Part shown: piece by piece, positions 16,758 to 24,587 of the stretch
Layout of the letters: every line of letters starts with the position of its first letter
Position numbering within the stretch: position 1 is the first letter of the stretch
NCBI RefSeq assembly: GCF_000091665.1
Contig: NC_000909.1
Coordinates: forward strand, 850,712-882,711
From: Methanocaldococcus jannaschii DSM 2661
GTDB lineage: Archaea; AGJL01; Methanococci; Methanococcales; Methanocaldococcaceae
Direction: 5' to 3'
DNA: 32,000 bases
The notes under the pieces: model-generated
The model's database searches: none
What the model was told of the DNA's origin: nothing
What the model saw: the letters and a program-made list of their open reading frames with translations, nothing else
Translations under genes and position numbers: made by a program

Positions 16758-17495
16758 TTATGCTCTAATAATCTCTTTATACATTAGGTAGCATATCAAA
16801 ATCCCAGAAATTACTGCAGAGCTTAGAATCATCCACATAATGATAATTTGAATCTCTGCAGCATATATGGGATTTGCTCCACTCAACAACATCCCTACCA
16901 TAGCCCCTGGGATAAATATAACCCCAACTGACTTTGTTCTATTCATTTGAGGTATTACTGCTGACTTTACAGCATTTTTTATAAATGGTCTTAATGCTTC
17001 TATTTCAGTAGCTCCTAAAGCTAAATATCCCCACAAAATATCCCTCTCTGATTTAACCATGTCTATTATTTTATCTAATGCTAAATGGATGGTGTTCATT
17101 GTATTTCCAATGACCATTCCCATTAGTGGAATTACATATATCGGCTCAAATTTGACAACCTTTGGAATTGTTAATACTGCCAATGAAACTATTGTAGTTG
17201 TTAAAAACGTAATAAATAGACAAATAAAGAGTTTTGTTTTATTTTTTAAGTTAATTTCTCTCATTATAAGATAGGATGCTAAGGTAATCATCACACCAAT
17301 CATTAAAAATGCCCCAACCATTCCAAATGAAAATATATAGAGCAAAACAAATCCTAAAATAAACAGCTGGATTAAAGCTAAAATTGACACATAAAGGATT
17401 TTTTTCTCAATGCCCAACTTTTCCCTATATGCAATAAGAACTGCAATAATAACAAAAATAAAGGCATAAGTAAGCTCTATCAATAACATCACCAT
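16758..17495 (-). CDS. UPF0014/FetB (YbbM)-like ABC-type permease
   Basis: Polytopic membrane protein of about 245 aa with the conserved central GMVIGNTMN and LALGAT segments of the YbbM family. I place the start at the first ATG (17495); the track starts at the TTG at 17510. No partner ATPase gene is adjacent. Confidence 0.65.
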
Positions 17496-17565
17496 AACTT
17501 TTATAATCAATTTTATTGAATTCTGTCAAATATAAAATAATATCATAAAAATTATATTTAAAGTG

Positions 17566-18393
17566 ATGCCCATGGATTGGGAGATAACCTTTAAGGGAAT
17601 AACCTATGAATGCATAAATTGTGCTTACTGTTGCTCATGTAAAGGTTGGAGGATATATTTAAACTATTTTGATAGATTAAAACTTAAAGATTACGAATAT
17701 GCCATAGAACCTTGTGAAGGAGAATTTAAATATAGGCTAAAAGTTAATGAAAAGGGTTGTGTTTTATTAAATAACAACCTATGTAGAATTCATTTAGAGA
17801 AGGGCTATGAGTTTAAACCATTGATGTGCATGATTTTTCCTTTCAGTTGCATGATTAAATGGGATGGAACTCCTCTCCTAATTATAAAACATTATTGTAG
17901 TGGCATTAAAAAAGGAAAAATCAGTAAAAAAGTTGTTAATGAGGCTATAGAATTAATAAAAGAGCTTTATTTTGATATGTTTGAAGAGATTATAGAGAAC
18001 GGAATGGAACATAGTAGTAAGACAGAAATATTTGAAAATTTTAGAGTTGATTGGGAAGAGAGGGAAGATTTTGGAAGATATATTTTTAGCAGTAAGACAT
18101 TTGATGAGATGTTTGAAAGATGTAGAGAAATTTTTGGAAATAAAATAAATAAATTAAATCTCGAAGAGATTGATGAAATAAAGAATAATCTACAAAGATA
18201 CAATACTAAAGAAAATGAAGAGGAAATTTTGAGATACCTATTAGAATTAAATAGAAGAGAACATTTTAGAAAACTTCCTTTCTATAGAGAGGTTAATAAG
18301 CTCATAAATATAGGAAATTATTTGACCAAATACAAGAATGTATTTAAGGGAGAGGGGGAAGTTGATAAAAAATTATTTTTAAATTTGAAATAG
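17566..18393 (+). CDS. YkgJ-family CxxCxxCC zinc/iron-sulfur protein with a long helical C-terminal extension
   Basis: The N-terminal YECINCAYCCSC motif plus a downstream C...CRIH is typical of PF03692-type proteins. The start is ambiguous (17563, 17566 or 17572). Confidence 0.6.
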   Translation: MPMDWEITFKGITYECINCAYCCSCKGWRIYLNYFDRLKLKDYEYAIEPCEGEFKYRLKVNEKGCVLLNNNLCRIHLEKGYEFKPLMCMIFPFSCMIKWDGTPLLIIKHYCSGIKKGKISKKVVNEAIELIKELYFDMFEEIIENGMEHSSKTEIFENFRVDWEEREDFGRYIFSSKTFDEMFERCREIFGNKINKLNLEEIDEIKNNLQRYNTKENEEEILRYLLELNRREHFRKLPFYREVNKLINIGNYLTKYKNVFKGEGEVDKKLFLNLK

Positions 18394-18488
18394 CTATAAT
18401 ACTCGCTTTAGTAAGATAGATTTCTTCCACAATTAAAAATCAAGTTACTCCCCAAACTATAAGCATTATTATTCTATATTATTCTTAT

Positions 18489-18512
18489 AAAATCATAATA
18501 AAAATCATAATA
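18489..18512. repeat. perfect 12-bp tandem duplication (AAAATCATAATA x2)
   Basis: 18489-18500 is identical to 18501-18512. Intergenic. Confidence 0.9.
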
Positions 18513-18544
18513 AAAGATGAAAACTCTATATCCACAATTTTGGT

Positions 18545-18655
18545 AGAGGACTTTCATATTCATATACTTAATATAAGATATTTAGATGCCTTTAAATATT
18601 CAATTCTTTATAAAGATTATATTCTGTGGAACGTCCTATAGTATTTCTGATGATG
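18545..18655. repeat. partial copy of the 1774-1994 inverted-repeat element
   Basis: AGAGGACTTTC (18545-18555) resembles the outer terminus. GAACGTCCTATAG...GATGATGATA (18629-18657) resembles the right inner arm GAACGTTCTATC...GATGATA at 1941-1962. Confidence 0.35.
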
Positions 18656-18766
18656 ATACATAATTTTAATATAGGGATTATTAACGATAATAATAAGTTG
18701 AGTGTCCGAAATCTTGTGATATAAAAATATTACAAATAACTCCAATCTTCTATTTGGTGGATAAAT

Positions 18767-19723
18767 ATGGAAATAAAAAATAAAAAATTAAAAGAAACTT
18801 CTGATGTTTTATTATCATTAACTTATTTAATAAAATCATATGAATATAGAGACAGGGGAAATCTTTTAGAATCATTATATTATCTTGATAAAGCATTGGA
18901 GTTGAATCCTGATTTTAAATTTGCAAAATTTTTAAAAGCGATATCTTTGGCAATTTTGGGTGATATTAATAAATCTATAGAATGTCTTGAAGATATTACA
19001 AGTAATTCAAATGACCCGGTAGCTTATGCTCTTCTTGGCCAACTTTACGAGCTATTGGGAAATTTTGATAACGCTTTGGAATGTTATGAGAAGTCATTAG
19101 GTATTGAAGAGAAATTTGCTACAGCATTTTTCCTTAAGGTATTATGTTTAGGACTTTCAGGTAAATATGACGAATTATTAAAGTGTTGTGATAGATTAAT
19201 ATCGTTCGCTCCAAATTTCATTCCTGCCTATATAATTAAAGCAAATATGTTACGTAAATTAGGGAGATATGAAGAAGCTTTAGCATGTGTAAATAAAGTA
19301 TTAGAATTAAAGGAAAATGATACAAATGCAATATATTTAAAGGCGTTAATACTAAATAGAATAGGAAATTGTGATGAAGCATTAAAATACTATGAAAAAC
19401 TTATTGATGAACTAAATGTAACGTGGATAGAAGTTATTAGGGAAGCTATTTACTTATCCTTTCTATTTAATAAACTGGATAAAGCTGAGAAATATATTGA
19501 GATGGGACTAAAGTTAAGGCCCGACGATGCAAGTTTATGGTATTTTAAAGGTAAATTATACGAAAAGCAAAATAAATTTGAAGAAGCTTTAAAATATTAT
19601 AATAAGGCTATTCAGCTGATGCCTCATCACACAAAAGCTTTACTTGCTAAGGCAAGGGTGTTAGAAAAACTTGGAAGAATAGAGGAATCTATAGAGTGCT
19701 ACAATAAAGCACTTGATAGATAA
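18767..19723 (+). CDS. TPR-repeat protein (paralog 1)
   Basis: 318 aa with repeated 34-aa A/Y/L-patterned units (e.g. ALECYEKSLGIEEKF, ALKYYNKAIQLMPHH). GGTGGA RBS. Confidence 0.9.
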   Translation: MEIKNKKLKETSDVLLSLTYLIKSYEYRDRGNLLESLYYLDKALELNPDFKFAKFLKAISLAILGDINKSIECLEDITSNSNDPVAYALLGQLYELLGNFDNALECYEKSLGIEEKFATAFFLKVLCLGLSGKYDELLKCCDRLISFAPNFIPAYIIKANMLRKLGRYEEALACVNKVLELKENDTNAIYLKALILNRIGNCDEALKYYEKLIDELNVTWIEVIREAIYLSFLFNKLDKAEKYIEMGLKLRPDDASLWYFKGKLYEKQNKFEEALKYYNKAIQLMPHHTKALLAKARVLEKLGRIEESIECYNKALDR

Positions 19724-19757
19724 AATTATTATCCTTTATTTTTATGGTGATATGCGT

Positions 19758-20729
19758 ATGAATAGAAAGAGAACTCCAAGAGTGGATACCTTAGAAGCCG
19801 TGGCTAATGTTTTAAGAGCTTATAGAGAATTATTTGAGGGAAATTTAATAAAAGCACTTTATTATGTTGATAAAGCGTTGGAATTGGAGCCTGATTTCTA
19901 TTTGGCTTTGTTTTTGAAGGGATTAGCATTATCCGCTAAAGGAGAAATAAAAGAAGCAATTACAACATTTGAAGAATTGCTAAGCTATGAATCAAAAAAT
20001 CCAATTACATGGGTGTTTGTTGGGCAACTGTATGGAATGTCAGGAAATTGTGATGAAGCATTAAAGTGTTACAACAAAGCGTTGGGCATTGAAAATAGAT
20101 TTTTATCAGCATTTTTACTCAAAACGATTTGTTTAGAATTCTTAGGAGAGTATGATGAACTATTAAAATGCTATAATGAGGTATTAACATATACTCCAAA
20201 CTTTGTCCCAATGTGGGTTAAAAAGGCTGAAATCCTAAGAAAATTGGGGAGATATGAAGATGCATTACTATGTTTAAATAGAGCCTTAGAGTTAAAGCCA
20301 CATGATAAAAATGCCTTATATTTAAAAGGTGTTTTGTTAAAGAGAATGGGTAAATTTAGGGAGGCACTTGAATGTTTCAAAAAATTGATAGATGAACTAA
20401 ATGTAAAATGGATAGATGCCATAAGACATGCTGTTTCTTTGATGTTAGCTCTTGACGATTTAAAAGATGCTGAAAGATACATAAATATAGGATTGGAGAT
20501 AAGAAAAGATGACGTGGCTTTATGGTATTTTAAAGGGGAATTATATGAGAGATTGGGAAAGCTGGATGAAGCATTAAAATGCTATGAAAAAGTTATTGAA
20601 CTACAACCACATTATATAAAGGCACTTTTGAGTAAAGCAAGAATCTATGAGAGGCAGGGAAATATCGAAGCAGCAATTGAATATTATAACAAGGCTGTAG
20701 AAAATATTCACAAAGACCATGGAGAATAA
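19758..20729 (+). CDS. TPR-repeat protein (paralog 2)
   Basis: Collinear with the upstream gene, roughly half of positions identical by eye. I place the start at the ATG at 19758, preceded by GGTGA; the track TTG at 19713 overlaps the upstream stop. Confidence 0.9.
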   Translation: MNRKRTPRVDTLEAVANVLRAYRELFEGNLIKALYYVDKALELEPDFYLALFLKGLALSAKGEIKEAITTFEELLSYESKNPITWVFVGQLYGMSGNCDEALKCYNKALGIENRFLSAFLLKTICLEFLGEYDELLKCYNEVLTYTPNFVPMWVKKAEILRKLGRYEDALLCLNRALELKPHDKNALYLKGVLLKRMGKFREALECFKKLIDELNVKWIDAIRHAVSLMLALDDLKDAERYINIGLEIRKDDVALWYFKGELYERLGKLDEALKCYEKVIELQPHYIKALLSKARIYERQGNIEAAIEYYNKAVENIHKDHGE

Positions 20730-20780
20730 TATTTCCTCTTTTTTATTATTTTTTCTATAATTTAAAGTAAAGGGATTTTT

Positions 20781-22736
20781 ATGGAATTTAAAGGGTATAT
20801 TAAAGAGAAGTTTCCATATCCTAAAGTTAGGGAGCCACAGAAAAGGATGATGCTAAAAATTTACGAGTGTATAAAAAATAAGAGAAATTTGATAGTTGAA
20901 GCACCAACTGGTGTTGGAAAAACTTTAGGCTATCTAATTCCTGCTTTATACTTTGCAGAGAGAAGAAAGAGAGTTTTAATATTAACAGAAACGATAGACC
21001 AGCAGGTTAGGATTTATGAGGATTTAAGTTCTCTAAGGCATAATTTAAAGGTTGCATTCTTAATGGGAAAAAGTAACTTTATTTGCAAATCAAAAGGAGG
21101 AAAGGCTAATAGACTATATTGCCAATTGAATAAAAAATGCTTATATAGACCAAATAAAAGACCAATTTGCTATTGTGGAACAAAAAAACAACCAGTGAAT
21201 TTAGGGGATAAAGTTATTTACTACTGCCCATACTGCACCTGTGAATATCAAAAGGCAAAAATAGAGAGTATCTTAGCTGATATTGTGGTTATGAATAACA
21301 GTATGTTTTACTATGCTAAGGAAGATATTGAGGCAAAAAGAGATATTGATATAATTATTTGTGATGAAGCCCATAAATTGGAAAGCAGTATAAGAAATAC
21401 ATCAACAATAATTATAAATCCAGAATTACCAATTAATAGATTAAAATATATGGCTATACATTATGCTCCCAATATTTTAAAAAAGAGATTGGATATTGGA
21501 GACGAAAATTTTTGGGAAATTATTGAAAAATATTTAACAAGTAGAGGCATCAATATAGATATCTGCAAAGAGACAATTATTTTTGATGGAGAAAATTTAA
21601 GCTCTTGGAAATATAAGACAGAACTTGCTGTATTAGGGGCTATTTTAGATGCATATTATCAAATAAACAACATAAAGAATAAAATATTGAGATTTAATGA
21701 AAATGAGGAAATTGATAGAGAGGAACTTAGATTTGAAATTGACAATAAAGCTTTAATAGCTATAGAGCTTGATTTTATCCATAAAAAGAAATTATCTGAC
21801 CTATATCTTTTGGAATTTATAGAAAATATTAAAAATTTAAGATATATTAATGAAAATTATGTAGTTTATAGAAGTGGAAATTCTTTATTATGTGAGCCAG
21901 TTTTTGTAAGCTCTCATCTAAAAGAACTTTATGGAAATGCTGTAGTTATCCACTGCTCAGCAACAATTGGAAATTTAAAGATGCATGCTTTAAAGACAGG
22001 TTTAGATAAAGCAGAATTTTTAATTTTAGAGAGTCCATTTCCAAAGAATAGGAAGAAAATTATAGCTTTAAAAGATGGCGTTGATATGAAATACGAAAGG
22101 AAAGATAGAGAGAAAGCAAATAAAAATTTATTAAAAATATTGGAAGCAATAAATGGAAACTCTTTAGTTTTATTTAAGAGCTTTGAGGATTTAGATAGTT
22201 TTTATAAATATCTAAAAAGGGAGATTACAAAAACAAATATTAAAAATAAAAATATCCATGTGTATGAGCAAGGTATGGATGGAAAAGAAGCTAAAGAGCT
22301 AAAAGAGAGATTTGAAAAGATTGGAGGAATTTTGTTAGCAACTGGGAGGTTTGCTGAAGGAGTAGATATTCCTGGTGAGGCATTGGTTGGAGTTGTTATT
22401 GACTCCCTTCCATTCCCAGTTCCCACTCCTTTAATATTGAGAGAGCAGAAGATATTGGAAGAGAGATTTAAAATTAGAGGAGTTAGGGATGCTCATTGGA
22501 GAGCTTTTTTAATGACATCATTTGATAGAATGGCAAGGACATTGGTTCAGATGATTGGAAGATTAATAAGAACTGAGAATGATTATGGAGTTGTAGTTAT
22601 ACAGGATAAGAGGTTCGCAGATTGGGTAGGAAGAGTTATGAGAGAAAAAGGTTATCTAAAAGATAACTATGAGGTTATGAGTTTGGATATGGCTATAAAA
22701 TATATTCCAAAGTTTATGAGTCAGTTTAAAAATTAA
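20781..22736 (+). CDS. XPD/Rad3 (DinG)-family superfamily-2 DNA helicase with a Cys-rich Fe-S insert
   Basis: Walker A APTGVGKT, DEAH box CDEAHKLE, eight Cys between residues 102 and 154, and C-terminal motifs (ATGRFAEGVDIPG, QMIGRLIR). Confidence 0.88.
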   Translation: MEFKGYIKEKFPYPKVREPQKRMMLKIYECIKNKRNLIVEAPTGVGKTLGYLIPALYFAERRKRVLILTETIDQQVRIYEDLSSLRHNLKVAFLMGKSNFICKSKGGKANRLYCQLNKKCLYRPNKRPICYCGTKKQPVNLGDKVIYYCPYCTCEYQKAKIESILADIVVMNNSMFYYAKEDIEAKRDIDIIICDEAHKLESSIRNTSTIIINPELPINRLKYMAIHYAPNILKKRLDIGDENFWEIIEKYLTSRGINIDICKETIIFDGENLSSWKYKTELAVLGAILDAYYQINNIKNKILRFNENEEIDREELRFEIDNKALIAIELDFIHKKKLSDLYLLEFIENIKNLRYINENYVVYRSGNSLLCEPVFVSSHLKELYGNAVVIHCSATIGNLKMHALKTGLDKAEFLILESPFPKNRKKIIALKDGVDMKYERKDREKANKNLLKILEAINGNSLVLFKSFEDLDSFYKYLKREITKTNIKNKNIHVYEQGMDGKEAKELKERFEKIGGILLATGRFAEGVDIPGEALVGVVIDSLPFPVPTPLILREQKILEERFKIRGVRDAHWRAFLMTSFDRMARTLVQMIGRLIRTENDYGVVVIQDKRFADWVGRVMREKGYLKDNYEVMSLDMAIKYIPKFMSQFKN

Positions 22737-22792
22737 ATTTTTATTTTTAGTTTTATTAATTGATAAAACTAAATTAACAAATATTATTATCT

Positions 22793-22804
22793 AAAATAAA
22801 AAAA
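22793..22804 (-). terminator. oligo-T tract after the duplicated tRNA 3' end
   Basis: The minus strand reads ...GCCCTACCATTTTTTTATTTT. Archaeal termination commonly occurs at oligo-T. Confidence 0.4.
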
Positions 22805-22962
22805 TGGTAGGGCGGCGGGGATTCAAACGAACCTTTTAGTAAAAGGTTCATCAAAACAGGATACATTGCCTCGCTTTGCTCGGCAATGTCTCTTAGATTA
22901 CAGTGGGGCTGAACGTAGTGAAGCCCCGCTCTGGGTATCCCAATAGGGCGATAGCCCTATGG
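22805..22962 (-). ncRNA. candidate structured RNA / integration remnant ending in a copy of the tRNA-Ile 3' end
   Basis: About 50% GC against about 30% background. Hairpins (plus-strand coordinates): 22829-22849 (9 bp), 22863-22889 (8 bp), 22903-22929 (8 bp), 22943-22960 (7 bp). A possible long-range pair is GGATAC (22859-22864) with GTATCC (22935-22940). The 3' end (minus strand) repeats GAATCCCCGCCGCCCTACCA of tRNA-Ile. Strand is inferred from the tRNA-like end. Confidence 0.4.
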
Positions 22963-22974
22963 AAATAAAAAATA
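22963..22974 (-). terminator. oligo-T tract immediately after tRNA-Ile
   Basis: The minus strand reads ...CCCTACCATATTTTTTATTTCC. Confidence 0.4.
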
Positions 22975-23052
22975 TGGTAGGGCGGCGGGGATTCGAACCC
23001 CGGACCACTCGGTTATCAGCCGAGCACTCTAACCAGGCTGAGCCACCGCCCT
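22975..23052 (-). tRNA. tRNA-Ile (GAU), CCA encoded
   Basis: Minus-strand cloverleaf: AGGGCGG TG GCTC AGCCTGGTTA GAGT G CTCGG CTGATAA CCGAG TGGTC CGGGG TTCGAAT CCCCG CCGCCCT A CCA. Confidence 0.93.
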
Positions 23053-23090
23053 ACAACCACCAGAAGCAAAAATTAAATAATAATAAGTAG

Positions 23091-23107
23091 TATATATACT
23101 TTTCGGT
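23091..23107 (-). promoter_or_regulatory. stable-RNA BRE/TATA promoter (minus strand ACCGAAAAGTATATATA) for tRNA-Ile
   Basis: Same motif as 12719 and 13041. It lies about 39 nt upstream of the tRNA 5' end. Confidence 0.7.
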
Positions 23108-23154
23108 TATTGGTAAATTTGGAGATATAAAAATGTAAAAGATTTAAAATTTTG

Positions 23155-24399
23155 TTATTCAGTTGGAAATGGTGGCAATGGAGGTAGTGGGAATGGTGGT
23201 GTAGGTAATGGTGGCAATAAATCCGCCTCTCCACTAAATGGGACTTCCCCACTGCCTTCAATATATGCACTTCCAGATATTTCAGCAAAAACTTCTTCTC
23301 CACTTAATTTTCTAAGGATTTCATATCCCATCTTATTAATCGGTATATTTACTTTAACAGTTACTGGATTTTCTCCTGGTGTTATTACTATATTTGATAC
23401 CTCTCCTCGTCCTAAACTATGACCTTCATCATCAAACATATTTAAGATTATTTTATCGATTGTTATACTCTCTGAATTTGGATTATCTATTATTAAATCT
23501 ACATCCATAGAAACATATTTTAAATTTATTTTTTCTCCATTTTCCATTTCTATATTTACACCAATGTCTGGAGAGATTCCATTTATTGATGCTAAAAAAC
23601 CTGGATTCATAGCTAATTTTGTAATTATAATACTATTACTGGGTTTTATATCATCCACATATACTTCTATTTCTGAAAACTGAGTTTGTGTTTGTTGTAA
23701 GTCATTGCTTTCATAATTATTATCATACTCATCATAATTTTCGGATTCTCCACTGTTGTATGCAGTCCCTTCCTCAACATATACAGTTTTAGATGCTAAA
23801 ATTTTTCCATTATCTTCTGCTGTTATTGTGTGATAACCTGGCTCATAGAATACACACTCTACAATCCCGTATACATCATCTAATGTTCCAATGTAGTTGC
23901 CATCAACATATATGTCAATTCCTGCTAACCCTCCAACTATTGGGTCAATGACTTTAATATAATACAACATTTGTTCTTCTATTTTATCAGGAATAGTGCC
24001 ATCTGGATAAGTTATTTCGATATAATAATTATATGCTGGTTCATTATTATAATTTACTTCTGACTCTCCAACATTAGTCATGGCATTTTCATTCTCTTCA
24101 TTAAAATTACCATTGGTCTGTTCATAATTTTGATTACTTTGTAAAGGATGATTTTCTTGATTTTTAATTTCTTTATTTTCATAACTTTGAATATTCTGTG
24201 TTGATTGACTTTCTTTTTTATTTTCTACATTATTAACATTTTGATTTTCTTGATTTATAGGTTTTTCAGTATTTTCTCCATTATTCGTATTTGAATTAAT
24301 ATTTATATCTATCTTTTCTGGAGTATTCACACACCCACAAGCTAAAACCAAAATAGAGAGTATGCTAAAACAAACTAAAGCTTTTCTTATCGTGTCCAT
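23155..24399 (-). CDS. secreted or lipid-anchored protein: signal/lipobox, Asn/Gln/Glu-rich linker, beta-rich middle, LEA_2/WHy-like domain, Pro-rich tail
   Basis: Signal CFSILSILVLACGC. Low-complexity residues about 35-110. DLIIDNPNSESITIDKIILNMFDDEGHSLGRGEV...ITPGENPVTVKVNIPI fits the LEA_2 (NPN) pattern. C-terminus LPPLPTPPFPLPPLPPFPTE. I place the start at the ATG at 24399 after AGGTGA; the track GTG at 24408 lies inside that RBS. Confidence 0.75.
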   Translation of the reverse strand: MDTIRKALVCFSILSILVLACGCVNTPEKIDININSNTNNGENTEKPINQENQNVNNVENKKESQSTQNIQSYENKEIKNQENHPLQSNQNYEQTNGNFNEENENAMTNVGESEVNYNNEPAYNYYIEITYPDGTIPDKIEEQMLYYIKVIDPIVGGLAGIDIYVDGNYIGTLDDVYGIVECVFYEPGYHTITAEDNGKILASKTVYVEEGTAYNSGESENYDEYDNNYESNDLQQTQTQFSEIEVYVDDIKPSNSIIITKLAMNPGFLASINGISPDIGVNIEMENGEKINLKYVSMDVDLIIDNPNSESITIDKIILNMFDDEGHSLGRGEVSNIVITPGENPVTVKVNIPINKMGYEILRKLSGEEVFAEISGSAYIEGSGEVPFSGEADLLPPLPTPPFPLPPLPPFPTE

Positions 24400-24425
24400 T
24401 GTTATCACCTAATTAAATTCCACTT

Positions 24426-24524
24426 TTAACATTTTTGTTAAATTTAGCATATTTACTAACATAGATATAACTATACACAAATATAAACTTTTCTCTTTTT
24501 TGTGAAATTTAGCAAAAATGTTAA
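24426..24524. promoter_or_regulatory. 20-nt inverted repeat (19/20) in a divergent promoter region; candidate operator pair
   Basis: TTAACATTTTTGTTAAATTT (24426-24445) against the reverse complement of AAATTTAGCAAAAATGTTAA (24505-24524), with one mismatch and 59-nt spacing. TAAATATG TATA-like boxes lie at 24448-24455 (minus strand) and 24533-24540 (plus strand). Confidence 0.6.
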
Positions 24525-24587
24525 TTATCGTATAAATATGAAAATTCTCAAAAAAGCAAAAATAAAAAATCATAAAAGGGCTAAATC

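Noticed and set aside
18644-18657. CTGATGATGATA looked like overlapping box D / box C motifs of a C/D box sRNA
   Set aside because: There are no appropriately spaced D', C' or terminal D boxes on either strand, and no terminal stem within about 60 nt. The string is better explained as part of the repeat shared with 1954-1962.
19713-19757. Track ORF start (TTG at 19713) overlapping the stop of the first TPR gene suggested a fusion or programmed frameshift between the two TPR genes
   Set aside because: The extension encodes an implausible hydrophobic peptide (MIDKIIILYFYGD). A GGTGA RBS precedes the ATG at 19752/19758, so these are two ordinary separate genes.
22804-22830. Second copy of the tRNA-Ile 3' end as a possible second tRNA or tRNA pseudogene
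   Set aside because: There is no complementary 5' acceptor strand (AGGGCGG) anywhere in the preceding 170 nt, no CGGGG partner for the T stem, and no anticodon arm. It is a 3'-fragment duplication and is treated as part of the structured element or att-like repeat.
23073-23303. 76-aa His-rich minus-strand ORF overlapping the 3' end of the secreted-protein gene
   Set aside because: It is an alternative frame of the proline-rich tail repeat and extends into the tRNA promoter region. It has no RBS. The 414-aa frame has a coherent domain structure.
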